The notes under the pieces were generated by a model. It searched no databases. It saw nothing but the letters and a program-made list of their open reading frames with translations, and was not told where the DNA came from. From positions 26,164,001-26,228,000 of the forward strand of contig NC_043007.1 in assembly GCF_006345805.1 (NCBI RefSeq): a stretch of DNA of 64,000 nt, written 5' to 3'. This stretch comes from Octopus sinensis (lineage: Eukaryota). Every line of letters starts with the position of its first letter. Within the stretch, counting starts at the first letter, position 1. A program made the translations under genes and the position numbers. Shown here piece after piece: positions 27,301 to 36,872 of the stretch.

Positions 27301-30300
27301 TCTTAGACTACGAATTGGCAAGTCGTATACTACTAGGCGCGCAGCAACGGTTAAAAGGTATATTGTTATTTTTGTATTTCTATATTCGTTTACAATTTTG
27401 ATGTTATTTTTTAATTTTTGTTTTTTTGCAAAAATATTTTTGCAGTCATGTATCTATTTACCTCTCTCTCTCTTTTTTCCCCTTTTACTTGTTTCACTCA
27501 GTTGACTGCGGCCATGCTGGAGCACCGCCTTTAGTCGAGCAACTCGACCCCGGGACTTATTCTTTGTAAGCCCAGTACTTATTCTATCGGTCTCTTTTGC
27601 CGAACCGCTAAGTGACGGGCACATAAACACACCAGCATCGGTTGTCAAGCAATGCTAGGGGGACAAACACAGACACACAAACATACACGCATACACACAT
27701 ATATATATATATATATACATATATACGACGGGCTTCTTTCAGTTTCCGTCTACCAAATCCACTTGCCCAAGGTGCCACGCAGTGGGATTGAACCCGGAAC
27801 CATGTGGTTGGTAAGCAAGCTACTTACCACACAGCCACTCCTGCGCCTAAATTGTTAGCAATCTGTGCTGTTTTCTCTATTTGTTTACATGCACATTTAT
27901 TTTTCACTTGTTTATTACATACTAGCAGCATAGCCCGGCGTTGCCCGGGTATGTAAGAGCCCCTAGTAGGCAATGACTAATCCCAGTCTAGTCCTTTCCC
28001 TCTAGGGAACGAAGGCCCATGTGTAGGTTGCAATGTCTTTTCTTTACTCGAATACTTCTGTGTATACGATGTTCCTAGCTGTCCCTTTGGGCGAAAACCT
28101 GAAAACATCATTGCGCCTCCCAACGCGTGAACAGCCCACATAGAGTTGACTGTGGGCGAAGCACTGTTCGCCCAAATGTAACCCAGTGACTTGTAGCGTT
28201 TGGCCTTGGATCAACAGAAAATGTGCTGCATATAAAAAGCTTAGATTCTCGACCCCATGTCGAATTTATCGATTTTTTCAGAACTGGGGGAACTTTTCAA
28301 AATTTTCGCTGCATTAGTTTTGAATTATGACATTGGGCTATGTGTCTGTCAAGTTTCATCAGAATCGGTTGAAAGCCGTGGTCAGGGTGAGGGTACAACC
28401 TGACAGACACACAGACAACCGTTTATATATAGAGAGATTGAATTTCATGAACAACAAATTTATTTTTCATTTGTTCATTACATATTGAATTTCGTGAACA
28501 ATAAGCATTGTTACTTGCTAGTTTCTTTCCATTTAGTTCATCGCATATAGAAAATGTATTTGCTCAAAAGTGCTGATTTGTTGTCTTTCATGTCAGTATT
28601 CATTTAGATCTTCTGTTGACTGGTTTTTGCTCAGTTTCTGTTGATTGAATTTCATTCAGAAGGCATTGATCAGCCTGGTGTCAGCTGCTATTGAAACTGG
28701 TCTCTCAATAAACTGCTCAAAGACATAGGGCATATAATCATTGGGGGAAATGATGGTATGACTGATCTTACACTTTCATCAGAGCCCATTGAGCTAGTTG
28801 CTGATGTCCATTACCGTGGCTCTTGTATTTGCTCTTACTGCCACAGATTGCTAACATTTGTAATGCAATAACACGATCAGCACCCAACAAACTATGGAAG
28901 ATTTGGAAAGTGCCACAATTGTCGTATAACCTAAAACTAAGCCTGTTTCATACTAGAGAATCTATTCTGCTTTATAACTCTGATTGCTTGGTCTCTTATG
29001 ATGGCTCAACAGCAATCACTAGATGGCACTAACACTTGACTTTCAACACAAGGGTTCCAGGTTCCGGGTTCAGTCCCACTGCATAGCACCTTGGGCAAGT
29101 GTCTTCTACTACAGCCTCGGGCTGAGCAAAGCCCTGTGAGTGGATTTGGTAGACAGAAACTGAAAGAAGCCCATAATATATATGTGTGTGTGTGTGTGTT
29201 TTGTTTGTTCCCCCATCATTGCTTGACAACCGATGTTGGTGTGTTAACATCCTCTGTAACTTAGCAGTTCAACAAAAGAGACTGATAGAATCAGTACTAG
29301 GCTTACAAAGAATAAGTCCTGGGGTTGATTTATTCGACTAAAAGCCGTGCTCCAGCATGGCCTCAGTCAAATGTCTGAAACAACTAAAAGAATGTGTGTG
29401 TATATATATATAGATATATATACACACTGGAGTCATTTTGATTAAAAAATCCTTTCAAGGTAGCAAAAGACAATCATACTTATTACTTTGTAAAAAAAAA
29501 AAAAAAAAGGTATTTTCTCACATAATCTTTTTTGTATCTATTTACCTTTCTATTTATTTATTTATCCAGCTGTCATTCTACACTTGTTAGTAAAGCAAAT
29601 TTTATTACCACTTCTTTAAAAATATTTTCCACCTCTCTCTCTGTTTTCCAGAAATAAATCCACTGGATTACATTTACAAGGCAGTTGGTTGTCACATCAA
29701 ACTCATGACTGAAACTGAAGCTGAAACTCAATACATTTTAAAATATATTTATAGTACTGGTGAGTATTTCATGGACTTATGGATTAAGTCTTTGTTCTTG
29801 TTCATGATGCTTTTGTAAATTTTTTAAAAAGTCCAAAAAATGTTGCATTTTTTTCTGATACAAAGAAGTGATCACTTATATACAATTTCTTTAGAAATAT
29901 ATAAATTCAGTTATATGTTTTGTCAGATATATACACAGATATATATCTTGTGACACAAACCCTACTTGTGAAGACCTGTTGAGGCAAGTGAAAATCAAAA
30001 TCGAAATCGATCAACATCAATGGAAATTGTAGCTGTGATACCAGTGCCGGTGGCACATAAGAGAACCATCTGAACATGGCCGTTGCCAGTGCTGCCCCGT
30101 CTGGCCTGCGTGCCGATGGCACGTAAAAAGCACCATCCGATTGTGGCTGTTGCCAGCCTTGTCTGGCACATAAAAAGCACCATCCGATCGTGGCCGTTTG
30201 CCAGCCTTGTCTGGCACCTGTGCAAGTGGCATGTAAAAAGCACCCACTACACTCATGGAGTGGTTGGCGTTAGGAAGGGCATCTAGCTGTAGAAACATTG

Positions 30301-31506
30301 CCAGATCAGACTGGGCCTGGACAGCCTACTGGCTTCCCAGACCGCAGTCGAACCGTCCAACCCATGCTAGCATGGAAAACAGACGTTAAACGATGATGAT
30401 GATAGACCGATTTCATAACAAAACAATGGATTTCTCCAGTTGGCATTTGGTGGTTGGTAGCAGTAGTGAAATTTAACCATTATAAATTATTTTATTGGTT
30501 AAAATTTCCTGGTTTTTGCTCCCTATTTTTGTTTCTATTGTTATACATTTAATCACCACCATATCATCATCTTCGTTATGTCAAGGCCGTTTTCTATGCT
30601 GGCTTGAACTGGACACTTTGACAAGATCTGGTGAGTTGCAGGGCTGCAATGAACTCCAGTGTCAGCTTTGGCATGGTTTTATGTCTTTCCTAATGCTAAC
30701 CACTTTACAGTGTATACTGGGCGTTTTTAGGTTTTTGTGCCACTGGCATTTGTGAAGTCCTAAAGTAACTTGTAAGACAGTAAAAAGAGTAAAAGTTAAA
30801 GCTCTCATATCTAGGTGGTAAGGAGGTAGCTTTATGCCAAGTTGAAAAGCTAGACGTATGATAGAGGAACAAGCACAGTTGTTTTGCTGTTGAGCAAATG
30901 AATGGCTACCCCATATTGTATAAGGATTGGTGGGAGTATCTGGGAATTAGATAAAGAAATGGGGTGCCAGAAAGGTGCGATACTTAGTTAAAAAAAAAAA
31001 GATAACTTTTTGTTGGGCGTGAGGGTGGGAGTTGTTTTTTGAATTGTAAACTAGGTTGTATAGTCTGCAAAATAGGGAATGATATAATTGCTGTTATGAG
31101 AATTGAATTCCTGACTATGGGGTCAGTAATCCAACACCTTAACTTCTCTGCTGTTAATATTTTTTTCAGATCTATCACTCTCTTCATTTTCATTTATGAT
31201 AACTCAGTTTTATCATTTCGATATTTCATGCCCACTCTATATTTAGTGTCATACTTATTCATCTATAATCTGCAATTAACCTTGTTGTTTCAGACAAATC
31301 TGTGAAAGTTCATGCTATATATCGTCTCTCACGAGCTGGAGAGGAAGATCGAGTCCAGGAATTAAATTTAGAAAACCGTATGTTGCTGTGGCATGGCAGT
31401 GGAGTTCCTAACTTTATCAGTATCTTGAGCCGAGGATTACTCATCTGCCCACCAGAAGCCCCTATCACTGGACATTTGTTTGGAGAAGTACGTTTCCTTT
31501 CTTTCA

Positions 31507-31541
<35 letters not shown>

Positions 31542-34500
31542 CCCCATGTTCTTTAATATGTGAAATAGGATAGAATTATCTTCCAAATACTAGCATGTGC
31601 ATGTGTGTACACTCACATTATTTATAAACAGTGAATTACTTTGGTGGGGTAAGGGAACTTGTCAGATGACTTTATCAGTTTTTTTTTGTGCCACTGGCAC
31701 ATATGAGGTCGTAAGGTAACTTGCAAGACAGAAAAAAATGGAAAAAAATGAAAGCCCTCATGACTAGGTGGTAAGGAGGTGACTTTGTGCCAAGTTGAAA
31801 AGCTAAAAGTATGATAGAGGAACAAGCACAGTTGTTTTGCTGTTGAGGAAATGAATGGCTGCCCCACATTGTATAAGGATTGGTGGGAGTATCTGGGAAG
31901 AAGATAAAGATGCCCTCCCTAATACCAACCACCCCAAGAGTGTAGTGGGTGCCTTTTACGTGTCACCAGCACATAATTATAATAATAATAATTTCTTACT
32001 TTATAAAATTTCTTATTTTACCTTTTCTGTTTTTTTAAACCAGGGTATTTACACAGCTGACACATTTACCAAAGCCAAAGGCTATTGCTCTGAGAATGTA
32101 GGAGAGTCGAATTCCATGTTTGCACTGCTTTGCGAAGTAGCACTTGGTAAGATGAAGACCAACAATACGAAAGGTGAAAGCTCCGATACTGACTATAACA
32201 GTGTTGTTGGAGTTGGCATGTCAGTACCTGACAGTGCATTTGATGTCACCCTTCCATATGGTAAGTACTTGCCCATGTAGTTTAACTCTTTGAATATCAG
32301 TGAACATAACTTACTACACACCGAAACGGTGCACAGTTTGAGCCAACAACAGAACTCTTGTACAGTGACTCCATCTTCTAGAAATGTTAGATAAATCTCT
32401 AAAATAACCTTAGCATCATTTAAAAGAACCTACCAATATCCTTGGTTTGAATGCATATCCATATAGGGCTAGATATCCATCAAAGAATGCAAAACTTCTT
32501 AATTGTGCTAGGCCGATCCCCCTAAGATCAGTGGTACTTTATACATAATCAGTGCACTCTGATAACGGGATCGGTAACTAGTACCTGATCCTTTCGGGGG
32601 TCAATATATTAAGTACCAGTTACGTACTGGTAATCCCTTTGTCTGTCCTTATTTGTCCCCTCTATGTTTAGTCCCTTGTGGGCAATAAAGAAATCAGAAA
32701 CTGAAAGAAGCCTGTTGTGTGTTTGTGTATGCATGCATGTATGTGTCTGTGTTTGTCCACCCACCATCGCTTGACAACCGATGCTGGTGTGTTTACGTCC
32801 TTGTAATTTAGCGGTTCGGCAAAAGAGACCATTAGAATAAGTACTAGGCTTACAAAGAATAAGTCCTGGGGTCGATTTGTTTGACTAAAGGCAGTGCTCC
32901 AGCATGGCCAATCAAATGGCTGAAACAATTAAAAGAATACAATTCTGTTGCTGAGCTTAGACACTAAATTGTTGAAATAATCTAGCACTGAGTTCATCAT
33001 CGTCGTTTAACGTCCGTTTTCCATGCTGGCATGGGTTGGACGGTTCAACTGGGGTCTGGGTAGTCAGAAGGCTGCGCCAGGCCCAGTCTGATCTGGCAGT
33101 GTTTCTACAGCTGGATGCCCTTCCTAGCGCCAACCACTGAGTGTAGTGGGTGCTTTTTACGTGCCACCTGCACAGGTGCCAGACGAGGCTGGCAAACGGC
33201 CACGATCGGATGGTTGTCTTATGTGCCATCGGCACTGGTATCACAGCTACAATTTCCATTGATGTTGAGTTATTTTATCTTTGTTAATTGGGTTCTTATA
33301 GAAAATATCAGCATACTAAAATTAAGTTTATTATGAAGTACATCACACATACATACATACATCGACGCACATTTATAGACATGAAAATGTAGGAGAAAAG
33401 TGTTGCAAGGATACTCACCTATTTAGACTACGTTATCAGCATCATTATTTAAAACCCACTTTCCTATGCTTGCATGGATTAGATGGAGTTTGTTGAGGCA
33501 GATTTTCTGTTGCTAGATGCCCATCCTGTTGCCAAGCAAAATAATATTTTTTCATATGAAGACAGATTTTTCTCAGAAGACTGGAAACAATCTCACTATG
33601 TGTACACTGGTGGTGATCATTTACGACCATCACATGATGTCTAGACAAGGGTACACACACACAGACATACGACAAGCTTTTTTCAGTTTCTTTCTATCAA
33701 ATTCACTCACTTGGCTTTGGTTGGCCCAGGGCTGTAGTCCAAGATGCCACGCAGTGGGACTGAACCCTAGAAAGCAAGCTTCTTAACCTTACAGCCATTC
33801 TTGCATCTATATTTATGTAATAAATAATATATGCAATAAAGGTGGTGAGCTGGCAGAAACGTTAGCACGCTGGGCAAAATGCTTAGCAGCATTTCGTCTA
33901 TCCTTACGTTTTGAGTTCAAATTTCGCTGAGGTCAACTTTGCCTTTCATCCTCTTGGGGTCAATAAATTAAGTACCAGTTGCATACTGGCCCCATCCCCC
34001 AAAATTTTGGGCCTTGTGCCTAGAGTAGAAAAGAATATTTTAAGTAAATAAGGTGGCAAACTGGTAGAAATGTTAGCACGCTGGGTGAAATGCTTAGTGG
34101 TACATTCTGAGTTCAAATTCCGCCGAGGTCGAATTTGCCTTTCATCCTTTCGGGGTTGATTAAATAAGTGCCAGTTGAGCACTGTTGTCGATATAATCAA
34201 CTTAATCCGTTTGTCCTTGTTTGCCCTCTCTGTGTTTGGTCCCTTGTGAGTAGTAAAGAAATAGGTATTTTGTCTGTCTTTATGTTTTGAGTTCAAGATC
34301 TGCTGAGGTCGACTTTGCCTTTCATCCTTTCGGAGTCAATAAATTAAGTACCAGTTGTGTGCTAGGGTCAATCTAATCGACTGCCCCCCCTCCCCCAAAA
34401 TTTCAGGCCTTGTGCCTAGAGTAGAAAAGAATAATGTACACAATAATGTCATGAAGCTTGAATGTGGAACTAGATATAGATTTATTCTTTTACTTGTTTC

Positions 34501-35195
34501 AGTCATTTGACTGCGGCCATGATGGAGCACCGCCTTTAGTCGAGCAAATTGACCCCAGGACTTATTCTTTGTAAGCCTAGTACTTATTCTATTGGTCTCT
34601 TTTACTGAACCACTAAGTTACGGGGGCATAAACACACCAACATTGGTTGTCAAGCGATGTTGGGGAGACAAACACAGACACACAAACATATACACACACA
34701 TGCATGTATATATACGACAGGCTTCTTTCAGTTTTCGTTTACCAAATCCACTCACAAGGCTTTGGTCGGCTCGGGGCTATAGTAGAAGACACTTGCCCAA
34801 GGTGCCACGCAGTGGGACTGAACCCAGAACCATGTGGTTCGTAAGCAAGCTACTTACCACACAGCCACTCCTGCGCCTATATATTAATTATACTTGAATA
34901 TCTGAAGTGGATGGGCGCCTGCCCCTATCGCAGTGCAATGAATTCAATCACCAAAAGAACACAAATAGGCAGGTGAGAAGAAAAATACCTGTAAGAACGA
35001 CAGCATAATAATTTGAAAAGTTTCGATTTGAGTAAAGACGTGTTTTTTTCTCTTTCTGTTGCAGGTGCTACCTTACCTCTTGGACCACTGATTAACAACC
35101 CAACAGCTAAGTCGAGGTATGTGGCATACAATGAATACATTGTGTACGACCCAGCACAGGTGTGTCAAAGGTATCTGGTGCAATTCTCCAGTTAA
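666..35195 (+). CDS. Multi-exon gene (5'-partial, 23 exons in window): ankyrin-repeat / WGR / PARP regulatory / PARP catalytic protein (tankyrase-like by annotation convention, PARP1-type core)
   Basis: Manually spliced 23 exons, all GT-AG with matching intron phases, total 3970 nt = 1 nt + 1323 codons including TAA at 35193-35195. Motifs: >=10 ankyrin TPLH-like motifs, FTRWGRIG (WGR), MPFG and LSNEYFHLIP (regulatory domain), LLWHGS, GIYTAD, YNEYIVY (catalytic). Confidence 0.95.
1128..1378 (+). mobile_element. CR1/L2-clade LINE 3' fragment
   Basis: Translates FSVRVADPWNKLPDEIVKMPTTTWFKVSLDQKWPELFA*, followed by a (TTAAC)-like tail; second copy near 19700. Confidence 0.75.
1497..1731 (+). CDS. 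ANK-PARP exon 2 (..GAKVNAVDCDGLTPLHCSV..NADVFAKDKKNRLSLHYAF..)
   Basis: ttttaacag acceptor, gtaatt donor, two ankyrin motifs, phase 1/2. Confidence 0.92.
2542..2950. mobile_element. MITE with 30-bp TIRs (GGATC..) and 8-bp TSD
   Basis: ggatcttttcggtttgaacggcagtttttt / aaaaaactgtcgttcaaaccaaaaagatcc; GAAATTTG at 2534-2541 and 2951-2958. Confidence 0.85.
3190..3346 (+). CDS. ANK-PARP exon 3 (..IDLTDFFGQTPLHRAACRGATICCRHLVK)
   Basis: ttttcacag acceptor, gtacta donor, ankyrin motif. Confidence 0.92.
3834..5344 (+). mobile_element. Non-autonomous Helitron with degraded PIF1-helicase fragment
   Basis: A|TC 5' end, cccgagcaacgccggg hairpin then CTAG|T 3' end; 4740-5225 reads NMRAH..LLALGEG..AILAPRN..YPIEVLNS..GLPPH..PIMLIRNL..CNGTRL with frameshifts. 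Confidence 0.88.
6389..6465 (+). CDS. ANK-PARP exon 4 (LHADINRKDNSGNTPLAYAVRHHHD)
   Basis: ttttccag acceptor, gttcgt donor, ankyrin motif. Confidence 0.9.
6685..6870. repeat. Imperfect (TA)n microsatellite
   Basis: Direct reading. Confidence 0.95.
7485..7659 (+). CDS. ANK-PARP exon 5 (CALILLQMGANVKDNV..WKWQPIR..SIFQ)
   Basis: ccttctag acceptor, gtatgt donor, completes the ankyrin repeat from exon 4, phase 2/0. Confidence 0.88.
8799..8879 (+). CDS. ANK-PARP exon 6 (EAIGSELQNVAYMMLESTAMDLKSGIE)
   Basis: long pyrimidine tract + cag, gtaag donor, 81 nt phase 0/0, open frame. Confidence 0.82.
8966..9266 (-). mobile_element. tRNA-derived SINE family D (tail type 2)
   Basis: Head gtggaggcgcaatggc..ggtttcaattccc; similar copy 14581-14873. 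Confidence 0.8.
10149..10307 (+). CDS. ANK-PARP exon 7 (AALNVSKYNVALRLIKK..DGRNLFHILA..QLK)
   Basis: tactttag acceptor, gtaatt donor, degenerate ankyrin motif. Confidence 0.88.
10450..10868 (-). mobile_element. tRNA-derived SINE family B (~400 bp, internal (CA)n(TA)n)
   Basis: Head gcaggagtggctgtgtggtaag..ggttcagtccc, core cttgggcaagtgtcttct; other copies near 11560, 22720, 27480, 29040, 32700, 34480, 40070, 45820-46890, 50665-51285, 52620, 55990-56700, 63715. Confidence 0.85.
10899..11189. mobile_element. Fold-back MITE (long inverted arms), possibly MULE-like
   Basis: ~80-bp inverted arms 10967-11042 / 11116-11190; flanking direct repeat ccaaacaaaag(aa); second copy at 25276. Confidence 0.6.
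11822..11942 (+). CDS. ANK-PARP exon 8 (IAEMMHEKRVSLNDIDMYGCTPLMYAALL..)
   Basis: tttttgcag acceptor, gtaagt donor, ankyrin motif. Confidence 0.9.
11955..12388. mobile_element. piggyBac-like (TTAA) MITE family 2, interrupted by a family 1 MITE at 12151-12373
   Basis: Degenerate CCCTTTAGCATT start, ends ATGCTAAAGGG|TTAA; similar copies at 25765-25940 (partial) and 41335-41548. Confidence 0.7.
12151..12373. mobile_element. piggyBac-like (TTAA) MITE family 1, nested copy
   Basis: TTAA|CCCTTTCGATAC..GTAATGAAAGGG|CTAA. Confidence 0.8.
13668..13776 (+). CDS. ANK-PARP exon 9 (KNSQLDIKHKDRYGRDVMAAFFWNYD..)
   Basis: ttattag acceptor, gtatgt donor, phase 1/2 matches neighbours. Confidence 0.87.
15062..15329 (+). 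CDS. ANK-PARP exon 10 (..ITPLIFAI..LLKNGASPNFADEKGLTPIMHAVKK)
   Basis: cttctag acceptor, gtaggc donor, two ankyrin motifs. Confidence 0.92.
16495..16910. repeat. CT-rich tandem repeat, ~134-bp unit, about 3 copies
   Basis: cacattctaatc recurs near 16501, 16635, 16769 with colinear downstream sequence. Confidence 0.85.
16917..17107. mobile_element. piggyBac-like MITE family 1
   Basis: TTAA|CCCTTTCGTTAC..GTAATGAAAGGG|TTAA. Confidence 0.85.
17198..17780 (+). CDS. ANK-PARP exon 11 (NDINIVKLLLNYD.. plus long D/E-rich tract)
   Basis: cgtttag acceptor, g|gtaagg donor; 583 nt gives the phase 1 required by exon 12. Confidence 0.88.
18918..19186 (+). CDS. ANK-PARP exon 12 (..LNYTDNDGRTVLHHLV..AGLSPLKHTL..DKW)
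   Basis: gtttcag acceptor, gtaagc donor, ankyrin motifs. Confidence 0.92.
19306..19535 (+). mobile_element. tRNA-derived SINE family A with 20-bp TSD
   Basis: A box ggcgagctggcaga, B box gagttcaaattcc; atat(c/t)tgttgtggcagattt on both flanks. Other copies near 8130-8390, 14235, 20503, 21575, 23040, 33840-34430, 41590-42020, 54125, 55340. Confidence 0.85.
19700..19950 (+). mobile_element. CR1/L2-clade LINE 3' fragment (second copy)
   Basis: Highly similar to 1128-1378, same WNKLP C-terminus and tail. Confidence 0.75.
20910..21088 (+). CDS. ANK-PARP exon 13 (linker, EKPTFTCLGE..NFEEDSQSM..KASG)
   Basis: cttttaaag acceptor, gtaagt donor, phase 0/2. Confidence 0.87.
21349..21570. mobile_element. 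piggyBac-like MITE family 1
   Basis: TTAA|CCCTTTTGTTAC..GTAACGAAAGGG|TTAA. Confidence 0.85.
21895..22000 (+). CDS. ANK-PARP exon 14 (WGR N-part, YDILLTKVDV..MYNFYKMQ)
   Basis: attgcag acceptor, gtaagt donor, NxFYxMQ WGR motif. Confidence 0.93.
23267..23436 (+). CDS. ANK-PARP exon 15 (WGR core, YILFTRWGRIGDRGQ..FKSKTGNDW)
   Basis: ttgtag acceptor, gtaagt donor, WGR and KTGNxW signatures. Confidence 0.95.
23571..23715 (+). CDS. ANK-PARP exon 16 (FKNHPKKYRLVE..SKLPPRLQELIKEL)
   Basis: cattttag acceptor, gtaagg donor; PKKY and SKLP motifs as in PARP1-type WGR/regulatory junction. Confidence 0.92.
24227..24348 (+). CDS. ANK-PARP exon 17 (regulatory domain, ..VDAEIMPFGQIKK..)
   Basis: cctttcag acceptor, gtttgt donor, MP(L/F)G motif. 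Confidence 0.9.
25276..25526. mobile_element. Fold-back MITE, same family as 10899-11189
   Basis: Same interior and arms; flanks (att)gacaaagat / (att)gtcaaagat. Confidence 0.6.
25661..25736 (+). CDS. ANK-PARP exon 18 (ELIEMIDKSKPSTGPNEEYQKNCEK)
   Basis: tttccatcag acceptor, gtaagt donor, phase 2/0. Confidence 0.87.
25985..26636 (+). mobile_element. Retroposon family C, long copy ((GAT)n tail, internal gcacgtaaaaagcacc subrepeats)
   Basis: 3' end aacccatgctagcatggaaagcggacgttaaacgatgatga; variably 5'-truncated copies near 1966, 3445, 6870, 8421, 13075, 15425, 18170, 21800, 24530, 29960, 33000, 43243, 56095. Confidence 0.8.
27180..27357 (+). CDS. ANK-PARP exon 19 (IAKLSNEYFHLIP..MVENLLDYELASRIL..)
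   Basis: ttcttacag acceptor, gtatat donor, LSNxYxxLIP regulatory-domain motif. Confidence 0.93.
27922..28437 (-). mobile_element. Non-autonomous Helitron with helicase C-terminal remnant
   Basis: Minus strand A|TCTCTCTATATATAAA start, cccgggcaacgccggg hairpin + CTAG|T end; QCFAHSQLYVGCSRVG..NIVYTEVFE*. Confidence 0.88.
29652..29759 (+). CDS. ANK-PARP exon 20 (INPLDYIYKAVGCHIKLM..QYILKYIYST)
   Basis: gttttccag acceptor, gtgagt donor, NPLDxxY start of catalytic domain. Confidence 0.93.
31294..31487 (+). CDS. ANK-PARP exon 21 (..NRMLLWHGSGVPNFISILSRGLLICPPEAPITGHLFGE)
   Basis: gtttcag acceptor, gtacgt donor, catalytic His codon 31392-31394 and PARP1-like D-loop. Confidence 0.96.
32044..32260 (+). 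CDS. ANK-PARP exon 22 (GIYTADTFTKAKGYC..LLCEVALGKM..)
   Basis: aaaccag acceptor, gtaagt donor, catalytic Tyr codon 32050-32052, LLCEVALG motif. Confidence 0.96.
34480..34878 (-). mobile_element. SINE family B, full length
   Basis: Complete head, core, microsatellite and tail. Confidence 0.85.
35065..35195 (+). CDS. ANK-PARP last exon (GATLPLGPL..YVAYNEYIVYDPAQVCQRYLVQFSS*)
   Basis: gttgcag acceptor, catalytic Glu codon 35133-35135, stop TAA. Confidence 0.96.
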
Positions 35196-35812
35196 ACGAG
35201 ACTTGCAAGGTGCTTTGGAAATTGTCTTAGAATTCATTTTCTTATCATCATTATATATTAATATTATTATTAATATTATTATTATTATTACTATCATCGT
35301 CATTATTTTTATTATTATTATTTTTATTATTATTATTATTATTAATATTATTATTTTATTATTACTACTACTACTACTATTATGTTCATCACCACCATCA
35401 TCATTATCATTATTACATTATAATTTTTAATCAGATCAGCTTTACTCTCTCTATCTCTCTGTCTGTCTCTTTTTCTTTCTCTCATTCTCGCTCTCTCTCA
35501 CTTTTCTGGCTGATGCAAGTGTATTCAGCCAAGGCTCATAATGTGTGTGTTGGTATGTGTTTGTATCTATCTGTATATCTATATATATATATATTATATA
35601 TTATATATATGTATATGCATTATGTTAAGATGGATCTAGAGGATCTATCTGTCCTACGAACATTCATGAACTTTCTATATAGATTCATTAGAGAGATGTG
35701 GACTGTGGTATTTTACCGATTGTGAACAGTTTCTGTACAACATAGACAGTGAAAAGACACCTGCTTTAGGCATGCGGAAGATGTGTTCAAGCCATTATCT
35801 GTAAACACATAG

Positions 35813-35851
<39 letters not shown>

Positions 35852-36001
35852 TACATGCATACATACATATACACACATACACACACACACACACACGTAT
35901 ATGAATGTGTGTGTGTGCGTATATATATTTATATGGATGCTGTATTGGTACCGTCCACACTTGTTTGTGTGTATGTATGCATATACATATATGTGTGTGT
36001 T

Positions 36002-36049
<48 letters not shown>

Positions 36050-36831
36050 GCACACATACACACACAAAAGTACAATTGAGGAACATATGTACACATGCAC
36101 GCACACACATACAGAATAGAGAACAAAGATGATACAAGCTTATTTCAAAATATTTCTGTTGATTAGGCAAAAAAAAAAATACGTGTGGACTCATTCTCAC
36201 ACATACGCACACAGGCACTCTCATATGCTTACACAAAAATCTTACACGCATATATACACATGTAATTATTTCATGAGAGAAAGAATTCATATGTTGTGTG
36301 GGGCTGATGAAGGGTTTTTATAAATGGTAAAGTATATTTCAGGAAGGAAAGAAAGAAAGAAAGAAAGAAAGACAAAAATAAAAAAAATAAAATAAACAGA
36401 CAGAATGAAGAAAGGAACATCCATTATAAGATTTGGCTGGGTCAAGGTGTATTATATATGTTTGGATGGGTATGGAAAAAAAAAAAGAAATTACAGAGAC
36501 ACAATAAATTTACAGAAGCGCTTCATACCACATTACTTTAACAATTTTTATATAGAAATATTGGGGTAAACCTTAAAAAATAATATGGAAAGCTGGAAGA
36601 AAAAAAAAAACAAGAAAAAATATTTAAAAAAAAGACCAAAAAAATTAAACAAAAAGTATAAGAAAAGAACTATAAAACAGAAATAACAAAAAAAAATATA
36701 TTGATGTTAGTATCAACTTATTGGCCAACTCTACTCCTGGGTCTAATTGTTGTCAGTGTTCCATTATGATTATTATTATTATTACTACTAATATCATTAT
36801 TTTTATTATTATAATTATTATTCCAATAATG

Positions 36832-36872
<41 letters not shown>

